DNA from: Poseidonia sp.
Lineage (GTDB): Archaea; Thermoplasmatota; Poseidoniia; Poseidoniales; Poseidoniaceae
DNA: 64,000 bases
Assembly (NCBI GenBank): GCA_965661285.1
Contig: CBFIDD010000001.1
Span: forward strand, 64,001 to 128,000
Direction: 5' to 3'
The notes under the pieces were generated by a model. It was given only the letters and a program-made list of their open reading frames with translations. It had not been told where the DNA came from and made no database searches. The position numbers and the translations under genes are program-made. This document shows, piece by piece, positions 18,681 to 29,100 of the stretch (its first letter is position 1; each line of letters starts with the position of its first letter).

Positions 18681-20078
18681 ATGGGTGTTGATAAAACCGT
18701 TGAATTGGCTCGTAGCATTGGCCTGAAAACGCTGGTCGTCCTCTCGCTATCTTCCATGTTGGGTTCCGGCCTGTTTTTGCTTCCGGCCTTTGCACAGGAA
18801 GTTGTAGGCCCCGGCATGTGGTTTGCGTTCCTGCTGGCCGGAAGCGTCGTCATCGCCAGCGCCTACTCAAAGGCCGAACTGGCGAGCGCCATGCCCCAGT
18901 CTGGCGGATTCTACGTGTACGCCGAGCGAACGTACGGACATTTGGTGGGCACCATCAGTGGTTTGGGCCTCTTTGCATCCTTTATGCTAAAATCCGCTTT
19001 TGCCCTTGTTGGTTTTGCAGCGTATATGGAGGTCATCACAACCCACTTTGGCATTGATGATGTGAATTCAAAAGCCATCGCCATGGTCCTTCTCGTCCTC
19101 ATTTTGGTCGTGAACATCACCGGCGTGAAAGCCATCAAGAAAGTGCAGGTGCCCATCGTTACCGGTGCGGTCGCTACCGTCGTCCTCCTGTGTATCATGG
19201 CGTTGTTTTCCAATGATTTGGACCTCAGTCGACCCGTACAAGACTTCCAACCGGTCAGTCTGAAGATGGGCACTGCTGCTGCACTGGTCTTTGTCGCCTT
19301 TTCAGGTGCCATCAAAGTTGGTGCTATCGGCGGCGAAGTGCTCGACCCGGAAACAAACCTCCCACGTGGCATGATTCAGTCCCTGTTCATCGCCACCGCC
19401 CTTTACGCCGTCGTCGCCTACATCATGGTGGCCGTCATGGCGCCGGACTGGTACATGACCGACGGTCATGCAGTTGAAAATCCAATCAGCGTCTTTGCCG
19501 ACTCGGTCGCCGGCACCACTGTGGTACTGCTCGCCTCCTTCGTCGCCATCATCGCCATGGCTTCAATGGCCCTGGCGGGCGTGCTTTCGTCCTCTCGGTT
19601 CATCTATGCCATGGCCAAGGACGGCGTCCTTCCAGCCCCGCTCGCTGAGTTGAACGAACGCTACAAGACGCCTCACTGGCCAATTTTGTTGACGGGGTTG
19701 TTGATGGCGATCTCCATCTATTCCTTCGATGTCCATGTCATTGCAGAACTTGCCTCCGGATTCATCCTCATGGTCTTCATCGTGCTCAACTTGACCGTCG
19801 TGGTGCTTCGTGGTGCAGAACCAAGGCATGCTTGGGACCCACCTTACCGTTCACCTTTGTATCCAATTCCGCAAATCTACGGAACCATTGCGGGAATTGC
19901 AATGTTGATTCTCATGGGGGAAAAGGCGCTTTATGGCGGTCTGGGCGCCGTCGCCATCGGTATGTTGGCGTGGTACGCCTACGGTCGTCGAAACGTCAAA
20001 CCTCGTGAAGGCGAAACGCCACTCAATGCGTTCTTGAACCGTGATGGAGAGCCATCGACTCCAAAAGAGCAAGAATAA
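18681..20078 (+). CDS. APC family amino acid/polyamine permease
   Basis: MLGSGLF, ELASAMPQSGGFY, GGEVLDP..NLPR, SRFIYAMAKDG..P, PYRSPLYP; about 12 TM helices. Confidence 0.9.
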   Translation: MGVDKTVELARSIGLKTLVVLSLSSMLGSGLFLLPAFAQEVVGPGMWFAFLLAGSVVIASAYSKAELASAMPQSGGFYVYAERTYGHLVGTISGLGLFASFMLKSAFALVGFAAYMEVITTHFGIDDVNSKAIAMVLLVLILVVNITGVKAIKKVQVPIVTGAVATVVLLCIMALFSNDLDLSRPVQDFQPVSLKMGTAAALVFVAFSGAIKVGAIGGEVLDPETNLPRGMIQSLFIATALYAVVAYIMVAVMAPDWYMTDGHAVENPISVFADSVAGTTVVLLASFVAIIAMASMALAGVLSSSRFIYAMAKDGVLPAPLAELNERYKTPHWPILLTGLLMAISIYSFDVHVIAELASGFILMVFIVLNLTVVVLRGAEPRHAWDPPYRSPLYPIPQIYGTIAGIAMLILMGEKALYGGLGAVAIGMLAWYAYGRRNVKPREGETPLNAFLNRDGEPSTPKEQE

Positions 20079-20098
20079 CCTCGCCAACCCTCAAGTCC

Positions 20099-20518
20099 TC
20101 AAGCGAGGATGAGACGGAGGTTTTCGAGGCTGCGGAGTTCTGCAAAGTAAATTTGTTCAATCGCATCGTACATCTCCTGGTCGCCAACCTCTTCGAGCAG
20201 TTGGGTGATGCCTGCATAGACTTCAGCCGCTTTTGTTTCGGTCTCCAACGAGCATTCGAGCATGGTCTTGTAGTCCGTCGTGTGGACGATCGCGTGGCCG
20301 TTTCGTTCCGTGACGGGAACACCGCCCAACTTCACGATGGCTCTGCGAACCACATCGGCGTGGGCCATTGATTCTGTGGCTTCTTCGTTGAACATCGGGT
20401 CCAACTGGAGACGGTGAATTCCCTGAACGTTCGCAGCATAATGTGCGTACATGGTCATGGCACGCAATTCCCATCCGAGGGCTTCGTTGAGGCTTTCAAT
20501 CAATTCGTCGGCACCCAT
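20099..20518 (-). CDS. Ferritin-like (bacterioferritin-related) four-helix bundle protein
   Basis: LNEAL..E..A..MY, E...H...I..LGGVP, LE.E..A...Y and GD...E spacing match bacterioferritin. Confidence 0.85.
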   Translation of the reverse strand: MGADELIESLNEALGWELRAMTMYAHYAANVQGIHRLQLDPMFNEEATESMAHADVVRRAIVKLGGVPVTERNGHAIVHTTDYKTMLECSLETETKAAEVYAGITQLLEEVGDQEMYDAIEQIYFAELRSLENLRLILA

Positions 20519-20580
20519 GCTATCAAAAAAACCGAGGCTGTCCTCCGCTATGAACCCCTGCGCTCATGGAAAAACGCCTT

Positions 20581-23175
20581 TCATTCGTGACGAATCCACT
20601 CGCCATCGGGCGTAACTTCCCAGTATTGCAGTTCTTCAGAGACATCAACATACCAGCCGGTCTGCCCCTGGACGGTCGAGGGGGTGGCCTGCATGACGCC
20701 GACGTTTCCTGCCTCTTGTGCCAGCGCCCTCATCGATTCCAAGGTCAAGCCGTGGCGTTCGTGGAGCGGTGTGTCGTCAACAACAAGGTCGCCCGGTTGC
20801 TGATCCACCTCGTCTTCCTCCTCGTCATCGTCAAAGACGTCTTCCACCCACGCTTCATCCGAAGCTTCGGATGCCTTCTTGGTGAGCGTCACCAACACGG
20901 CCAAGAGCAAGAAAAGCAGCACAGCAGCCATGGTCATGGCGGTGTTGGTCGAACCGACTGCACCGCCGAGGAGAACCTCGTCAACATCGTAGAAGGTTTG
21001 TGCGAGCAGGCCACTCCAACGAATGGTGCACGAACGGTCTGTTCCTCCGTTCTGGACATCAATTTCCCACGTCCCGTTGGTCACAAACGAGGCGGGTCCC
21101 GATGTGCAAGAAACACTCGTGTTCGCTTTGGGAATACTCAACGTGTTTCCGTACGCATCCGTACCAAATGCGTTCATCAACACGACATCGCCCTCGGCAA
21201 TCGCACTGCGGCTCATCGAGGCTTGGATCCGAACGGGGGCACCGGCTTCGACGGTCAAGGGGACGGTATGGCTTGCACCCTCATCTTGGAGGACCAGCTC
21301 ATAGGTGCCAACTTTCTTGCCCGTGAACTGCCAGTAACCCAATCCGGTTGGCGAGGCCTCCAGTTCCCCAAGCGAGGCGTTGAGCGTGGTCGAAACCGAG
21401 GTTGATTCGGCAATGTTGCCGTGAACATCCACAACTTGAATGAAAAGGTCGAACGGTTCGCCTGCATTCACAACCAGCCCCTCATCCACATCGGTGACCA
21501 AACCGTAAGCGCTTCCGGCCACCACGGTGAACCGTACGGTTGCAAAGACCCCGTCGGCATTGACTCGAAGTTCGTGCCCGCCAACGGACGTGGCCTTCCA
21601 GCGCCCGTCGTTGAGCAACATGTCAAGAGTAATGTCCTCGCCGTCCAGCGTCCAGTTGAGCGCAATACCATTCAACTCGTTCCCGAAGGCGTCATAGAAC
21701 ATCGGGTTCAGTGCCAGTTCACCGTCCGCAGGGACGCGGCTTCCCTCGCCGTCGAGGGTGATGAAGGCAAGGCGACCGACCTGAACGTCAAAAGCGGCAT
21801 CGGTCACAAACATCGCACCCGTTGAGTTGTCAAACCAACTGCCGTCAAATCGCCAAGAACCGGCGCTTTGAGCTTGCAGCAACGCAAAGGATGTCTCGGT
21901 CGTGAGTTCGGTCTCCTCACCCATGGTCATGTCGATGGTTCCGTTCACGACCCATCGATTTCCTTTGACGTCCTCTGCAACGAGTTCAATCACGACCTGG
22001 TCGCCTGCAGAAGGGACACGCGGCGATACCTGGAAACCGATATCGATAGCACGGCCGTGCTCAACCTTCAACAGAAGTGAACTGCTCACCGTGCCGTCGT
22101 TGCCAGAAAGCGTGGCTTCACCCGTTGCGGATGGATTCCAGTACACTCGACCCTCATCGTCGACCGAGAGGCCGCCCGATGAGGCGGTGAGGGCGTGGAT
22201 GGAAGGTGAGACGAAACCGATGTAGCCGTTCGCATCTCGACGTTCGAACACCAATTGGTACGACTCTCCCGCCATGAACACCTCCGGTGCATCGACCACC
22301 AACAACTCAGAGGCTACGGCATCGCCGGGAATCACGTGGAGTGTCGTGCTGCCGGTGATGTTGCCTGCCGATACGGTGATGAGCCAACTGCCCGTGTTGG
22401 TAGCGAGGTATTCGCCTTGAGCGTTAAACGAGCCGTTCTCAGCGAACCAGGCCAGCGAACCAACCGTGGAGAGCGGCATCTCATATCCGTTGATGTCGAC
22501 CAAACGAGGCGTGATTTTTTCCAAGGTGCCGGCACGCACCATCAAGGGTTCATCAAAGACAAATTCGTAAGGTGAGCCGGCGGTGACCGTGATGGTTGTT
22601 CGGGCCTCGAGTTGATTGTAGCGAACACGAACGTCGTAGTCTCCGATGGTTTGCGCCGTCCACGTGGGTTGACCGTGCCCGATGTAGGTCCCATCAATAT
22701 CCCAAACCATGGACGAAGCACCCGGCATTCGATTGCCTCTTGCGTCGAGAAGGTCGGCTGCCATGCTGGTGGGCTCGAGCACACCGATGCTGGTTCGGGT
22801 GATTTCGATGGATGTGGGCACACCAGCCTCCACCGTGATGTTGTGGTGACCCAGAAGACCGTTGTGTTCAGCCATGATTTCGACCACGCCAGACGACCAC
22901 GGGTAGAACAGACCGTCATCGGTGATGGTACCGTTGCTTGCAGACCAACTGATATCCCCGGAAACGAGGTTGTTGACCGGGTCGTAAATCAGGGCCTCAA
23001 ACATCACCACTTCGTCAGCCGACATGGTGGCAGGCGGGTCGTCAATCACCACACGATCTGCAGTTCCCGAGCGGTGAATTACAGCCTCTTCATCGAGCAA
23101 CGCAGGAAGGCTTGCAGACCATGTGCCCAACACAACGAGCGTCGCAAGAACAACGCAGGCCTTTGGAAAGTTCAC
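20581..23175 (-). CDS. Membrane-anchored Ig-like repeat surface protein
   Basis: Signal peptide; about eight repeats with V.AG.P...D..GN; C-terminal TM, acidic stretch and Trp-rich tail; starts 12 nt after the giant upstream gene. Confidence 0.8.
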   Translation of the reverse strand: MNFPKACVVLATLVVLGTWSASLPALLDEEAVIHRSGTADRVVIDDPPATMSADEVVMFEALIYDPVNNLVSGDISWSASNGTITDDGLFYPWSSGVVEIMAEHNGLLGHHNITVEAGVPTSIEITRTSIGVLEPTSMAADLLDARGNRMPGASSMVWDIDGTYIGHGQPTWTAQTIGDYDVRVRYNQLEARTTITVTAGSPYEFVFDEPLMVRAGTLEKITPRLVDINGYEMPLSTVGSLAWFAENGSFNAQGEYLATNTGSWLITVSAGNITGSTTLHVIPGDAVASELLVVDAPEVFMAGESYQLVFERRDANGYIGFVSPSIHALTASSGGLSVDDEGRVYWNPSATGEATLSGNDGTVSSSLLLKVEHGRAIDIGFQVSPRVPSAGDQVVIELVAEDVKGNRWVVNGTIDMTMGEETELTTETSFALLQAQSAGSWRFDGSWFDNSTGAMFVTDAAFDVQVGRLAFITLDGEGSRVPADGELALNPMFYDAFGNELNGIALNWTLDGEDITLDMLLNDGRWKATSVGGHELRVNADGVFATVRFTVVAGSAYGLVTDVDEGLVVNAGEPFDLFIQVVDVHGNIAESTSVSTTLNASLGELEASPTGLGYWQFTGKKVGTYELVLQDEGASHTVPLTVEAGAPVRIQASMSRSAIAEGDVVLMNAFGTDAYGNTLSIPKANTSVSCTSGPASFVTNGTWEIDVQNGGTDRSCTIRWSGLLAQTFYDVDEVLLGGAVGSTNTAMTMAAVLLFLLLAVLVTLTKKASEASDEAWVEDVFDDDEEEDEVDQQPGDLVVDDTPLHERHGLTLESMRALAQEAGNVGVMQATPSTVQGQTGWYVDVSEELQYWEVTPDGEWIRHE

Positions 23176-23187
23176 GACACCACGACC

Positions 23188-26100
23188 TCAATCAGTGTAT
23201 TCTTGCCACTCTTCTTCACCGGGGTTGCGATACCACCAGGCACCGTCCTCGTCTTCCCACCATTCCACGCCGTCTTCGTCAAAGGTGGTTTCGAGTTCTT
23301 TCTCGACCTCCTCCTCTGCAGGGGGCTCATCAGCTGAGGGACCGCTTGGCCCAGGTGCGGGGCCTGTCGGTCCAGGTGCAGGGCCTGTCGGACCGGGTGC
23401 AGGACCGGTTGGACCCGGAGCGGGACCTGTCGGACCGGAGGGACGGTCGTCATCGTCGTCGTCATAATCATCGTCGTCCCAGTCGCCCGAACCACCGTTT
23501 CTCATGAACATGACACCAAGGCCGAGGAGGACAACGGCCACCAAAGCGAGCAATCCAGCACCGACGTAGTACAACGTTCCGCCAGCCTCGAAGAAGCCTT
23601 GGAAGTTTCCGGTGACACTGATCTCCTCGTTCACACGGACCGCACCAACGCTCACCGTGATGGTTTGTGGTCCGTCATCCAAGGTGGTGACCGTCCACTG
23701 GTCCGAGGAGGTCATCATGGCTGTTCCTCGACCCGTTGCTTCGACTTGAACGCTTCCAGGAACCGAGATTTCGTTGTCAAAGGCGTCAAAGGCACGAATT
23801 GACACGTCAAGGCTCTCGAGTTGTTCAAGACTGTCGGTTGACAAATTCACTTCCAACCGTGCAACGATGTTCTGGGCTGCAACCGTGATTTCAGCGGTCG
23901 ACATCGCTCCACCGACGCTGTACTCGAGGGTGTGTACGCCAGCAACCTCTGCGTCGTAGGTGTAGGTGCCTTCGGAGGACGTGATGATGCTCAAGGTGGG
24001 CACCGTTTGGCCATTTTCCGTCCAGGCCACATCCTGCGCAAACTGGTTGCCATCAGCGTCGGTTCCTGTCACCTGGATGTCCACGCGGTCGCCCGCTGTG
24101 GGGGTGGTGGTGGAGAGGTCCGCTGCCACCGTGACCGCCTCACCGTGCAGGACGGTGATGGAAACACTGTCCGAGATGTTGAAACCTGTACCGCTGATGC
24201 TGTAAGCTTCAATGCGCCATTCGCCGACCGTGGTCGCTTCCCAGCGCATGGCGTCAAGAAGCAATTGGGTCGTGATGTCGCGCGACTCACCGGATTCGAC
24301 ATTGACCTCGAGCCAGGTCAATTCATCCGACGAAATTTGGTTGTTGTCCGTGTCAAACAATTCGGAGGTGAAATCGATGGCGAAATCTGAGGTGATTTCA
24401 ATCACTGCACCGGTCGACTGAAGCGGGTCATTGGCCACGGCTTCGACGGTCACAGTGTTGAGCATACCGTGGTCAACCGTGATGTTGATGGAAACGCTGA
24501 GGTCAGTATTGGCATCGCTGTAGGACGCCGTGAGCATGTAGGGCAGGTCCGAGGCGTAATACGGCGTGAAGGTCGTTGCATCACCGGACAAGACCTCAAG
24601 GAAATTCGAAGCGTCGGTGATGGTCGGATGGTCAAGCGACCAATTGGATTCGGGAACCGACCACTGGTTGCCCTTAGCGTCAATGGCGAAAATTTTCGCT
24701 TCCAAGGTGTCATCGGCCGTGATGTCAAAGTGTTGCCATGTCGCAATTTCGTTATCAACGGTGATGCGGAGGGTCTGGGTTTGTCCTCGCTCCACATCGA
24801 TGATAATCTGAGTTAGCTCGTTCTCATAGCGTGCCTCGAGGAGTTTTGAACCGGTCTTGATAGGGTCCCAAATCGCAGGAGCACCCGGCGTCAACTGACC
24901 GTCGGACGTCTTGGTCCAGTTGCTGGCAGGGAGGACAACGGCCAACCGGTTCCCACGAACGTCCACTCGCGTGGTGTTAATGTACACTCGCTCGTCAGCG
25001 GTTATGCTTGTGGATGATGCATTCAATTCCAGATAATCGATGGCTCCGTGGCCAACATCGATTTGAAGCTGGCCAGCTGCACCCGACACGGACGTGAGGT
25101 TCAACCACCAAACACCAACATGGTCGGGGAAGTATTCCTGATTCGATTCGGAGTAATTCCCGTTGGTGGTTGTCCACGTCAAGTTTCCAGCCTCAGAAAC
25201 ATTGAGGGCGTTTCCAAACTGGTCGTAGAGGTCGATGGAAATCGCGCATTCAATGCCGGCAGGGACGGTGCCCTCGCACCCGCCCAACTCAAAGTAGGAC
25301 GGAGCACCGGCTTCGACGGTAACCGAGACATCAACATAATCGCCAGAAGGGACACCGTGCGCCACACGAACGACGTGAGTGCCAATGGCATAGGGCTGGA
25401 AGATGTTCGGCACGACGGCGCTCATGCTACCGTTGGTTGGCGAATACGTGATGGGCTCGCCAGGAACCATGTTGCCGTGTTGATCGACCATGTGGGCCGT
25501 GATTGTCAGCGTCTCGTCAGCAGTGATATTTGCAGACAGCGGGGTGACGATGAGATCGGTCGGTGCGCCGGCTGTCACGGTGATCGATTGGGTGCCGCAG
25601 ACGAGCCCGAAACACGACGAGATGGTGACGGTGCCCGTCGTGGTTGGCGTGAACAGTCCATTGGTCCCGATGCTTCCCGAGGAAGCAGACCATGTCATCG
25701 GCGGTGCACGAACCATCGCTTGGTGATCGTAGGCTATGGAATTGAAGTTCACCGGCGTGTCTGCATCGGTGGTCAAACTTCCCGTAGGACTGATCGATAC
25801 GGTCGTGATGTTCGTTGTGTTGAAAAGCACCTTCGGACGGTAATCGGCGTTGGCTGCTGAACCGGAGTGGAACGAAGCATGTGCGTGACCCGTGTTGGGC
25901 GTGGCGATGATGATCCATGCTTCTTCGCCGGTGATGGTCATGCCGGCCGTGCTGATGTCAAACCACACCCAACCGGAGGCCCCGATGGTCGCCGTCGTGG
26001 ATGAAATCGCATCACCATAATCCACGCCCAGCTGCATTCCTGGGGCACCCCATGAAGCACCTGAGGTGGTGCCATCCCATGTCGCTGAGGAAGCGGCCCA

Positions 26101-29100
26101 GTTGGTAGCCAACAGTGGATGAACGCTGAAGGAGACAGAGGTAGCGCCTTGGTCAAACGTCCACGATTCAAGGTAAAGTCCCAAAGAAGCGGAATGGACC
26201 TGTTGGTATTGTGCGAACGGAATTTGTGCTGCGTTCAAGCCGATGTTAATGCGACATTCGTCGGTGAAGGAAGAGCCACAAAAATCTCCAGCGCTTAGCG
26301 TGCTTGCTCCTGCAAAGTTATTCGTTGGGTTGGCACTGGAGAGAACGGTGTTTTGGATATTGGTGTGTCCGTACTCGGATACTTCATTGCCGGTTTGGAA
26401 GGTGTATGTGTAGGTGAAATCGTTGTTGTAAACATGATTTGGCGCACCAATGGCGAAACTCCAGCGAGCAGAGGAGGGTCCGGGAATGGATTGGTTGACT
26501 GCTTGGACCCACCAGGTGAAGAGTTGTCCATCGGGAAGGTCAGCCCCGAAACGGAAACTGGTGTTGGTAATTTCATCGTCCTCCCATGATTTGAATTTGT
26601 AGACGCCGGTTTCGTTTGAAATGGTGACGATGTATCCGGTTGCACCTGCGACGGGGGCCCATGACAAGACAGGCTGGGTTGAGGACGTCAACAACCCGTC
26701 GTTTTCCTGGTAGAGGACTTCGCCGTCCGCTGGCGAGTTCAAGACCGGCTGACCTGGCGGGAGGATACCTGCGACATTGTCAACATACTGTAATACCAAG
26801 TGAGGGTGGCGGGAGGCGTTGGAATTTTCTGATGAGGCGAGCGTGTGTGAAGATCCTGTCGATCCGACCATCTCAAGTTTGAATGTCATCGTGGTGTTTC
26901 CGTTGGCAATATTACTTTGTGCAAGGCTGGTAAGGTCCCACTCCACCCACCCCGTAGGTGAACCAACAGAGAGCGTAGAACGGGTAATCTCCGTGGTCGA
27001 GCATGTCGGAGAAGAAATCCACAGAACGGTTGACTCGCTGAACCCGCTGCAGGCATACGCTGCAACCGTGGTAGAAGATGACCCTGCGATACCGGTTTGG
27101 TACATCCTGAGCATCATCTGCGTCGGGGTCATCGCTGCGGGCCAAGGGATGTTCGTGAGGTCAAACTCCATGAGAACGCTGCTCTGTCCGGTACCCAGGC
27201 GATTCGCACCCAAATACACCAACGTCGAGCCACCGCGATTGACAGTGGCGTTGGAATCGATCTCAACATCCTTGACTGCGGGAAGGTCACCCGTTGAGTC
27301 AAAGATGGACCCACGAGAGAGGACAACCGTGTGATTCCCACTTCCGTCATCGCTTCCCTGATCCTCGGGATTTCGATATTTATTAACGGCGGACCATTGA
27401 CCAATCCTGTCGCCTTGGTCGGCTCGCACACGCCAATAGACCCACTCATCTCCTTTTGAGTGATTGGCCACCGTGATGGTCAAATTGGTCGAGTCGAACG
27501 TGAGATTGGTGTGATCACCCGCGAGGATTTCGTCAGAGGTGTAGCAATCGAGATCGTCCACCATTCGACTGTCGGGGGACACACAAGCAACCCAACGGGT
27601 CTGGTTCGTGTAGGACGCGGTCCAGTTGAAATCAGATGTGTTTTGTCCGGAAGGACGAGGTTTCGACGTGTCCCAAAGCGTCGCACCGTCAACTGGCTGA
27701 AGGTTGGCAGGCGAAGGAACAACCCACGGCGTGTCCACGGCGTAGGTCATGTTCAGGCGAGGGCGCAAACTGAGCGTGGAGGCTTCACTGCTCGCAAATT
27801 GGACACGGCCATCCCAAAGTCCGTCAACATACTCACCTTGGATGAGAACGTTGAGCTCGCTCAACCCCGCTGCGCGAGCGTGTTGAACAAGTGCGGTCAC
27901 ATTGAACGAAACCGTACCGGTGGCGTTCACCCACTGTGGTGAATTGAACGGGGGCATTGAATCCCCGGAGTGGTGGGCACCCGTGCCCTGCCACGAACTC
28001 GTGTTGCCAGAAGGATAGGCCCAAACCGATGATTCCGACCATGGCGTAATCATCTGTGAAACCGAGACATAGGTGCCCCGGTAGGTCGAAATGGCATCCA
28101 ATTCAAGATGCGCATCGAGGACTTCGTACGTTGAAGGCAACGGCAAGCCGCTGAAATCAATCGACATCAAGGTGGCTGTGCGGTAGGTGGTGATTGGCGA
28201 GCCAGGACGAAGACCAACATAGAGGGAAGACGACGAGCCTTGACTTGCGTAGGGATTGCCGTTGTCGAGGTAGGTATCCGAGGTGGCCGCAGGATAGGCG
28301 ATGGAGGGAATCATCCCACCGTCCTGGATTGAAACAGTGGCGTGCGTAGAATTGAGTTCCTCACCGACATCGTTTGGCAAATAGAACACGCTGGAGTTGC
28401 TACGTGGACCGATCATGCCGTTGTTAATCGGTTGAACCATCCAGCGAATCGTCTGGGCAAACGAGAGGTTGGAACTGGGTGTGAAGGTAAGGTTGGCCGT
28501 ATCGAAAGCTGCAGGAGTGATGCGAGAATCGTAGGTAATTAACCCCGCCATGTCGTTGTTCGCATCGGTTTGAATGAAAACTCGCCAGTCTGAGACGGTC
28601 GTGGTCCCGTTGTACGTCCAGGAAAAGGTAGGCGTCCGGTCGGCTTTGAGTGCATGAGACGCTGTGTCCCACACAACCGCTCCGTTTGCAGGTCCGACGT
28701 TTACACCACTGGCTGTGGGCGTTGCCACAGAGCCGGCCTCCCAAACCAACGTCAAATACGGAGCTTGTGCTGCGTTGCCCTCGGTCGAGGTGATGACGAT
28801 GTCATCTGTGGTTTGGGAAGCGGTGTAAACGACCAACGAAACAAAATTTTGATTGTTGGCAAGAGCGGCTTGAACCGCCTCTGTCACGTCGAACTCCATC
28901 CAGTCATCAGCAACACTGTCGACGAGGTCAACGTATTCGCCGAGATCCACGCCGATGTCTCGACCACCCCGCTCGGACCAGTTGTTGGTTCCGTCGTAGG
29001 TTGTAGCGTTTGCAGAGGTCGTCCATGGCTGCAGCGATGGTCGAACAGCAACGGGTTCATCTACGGCAGAACCAGATTGCGCAAACAAACTCAATTCCGC

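Noticed and set aside
23338-23436. Tandem repeat as CRISPR or collagen
   Set aside because: It has no spacers or cas genes, lies in frame in a CDS, and its 7-aa period breaks Gly-X-Y.
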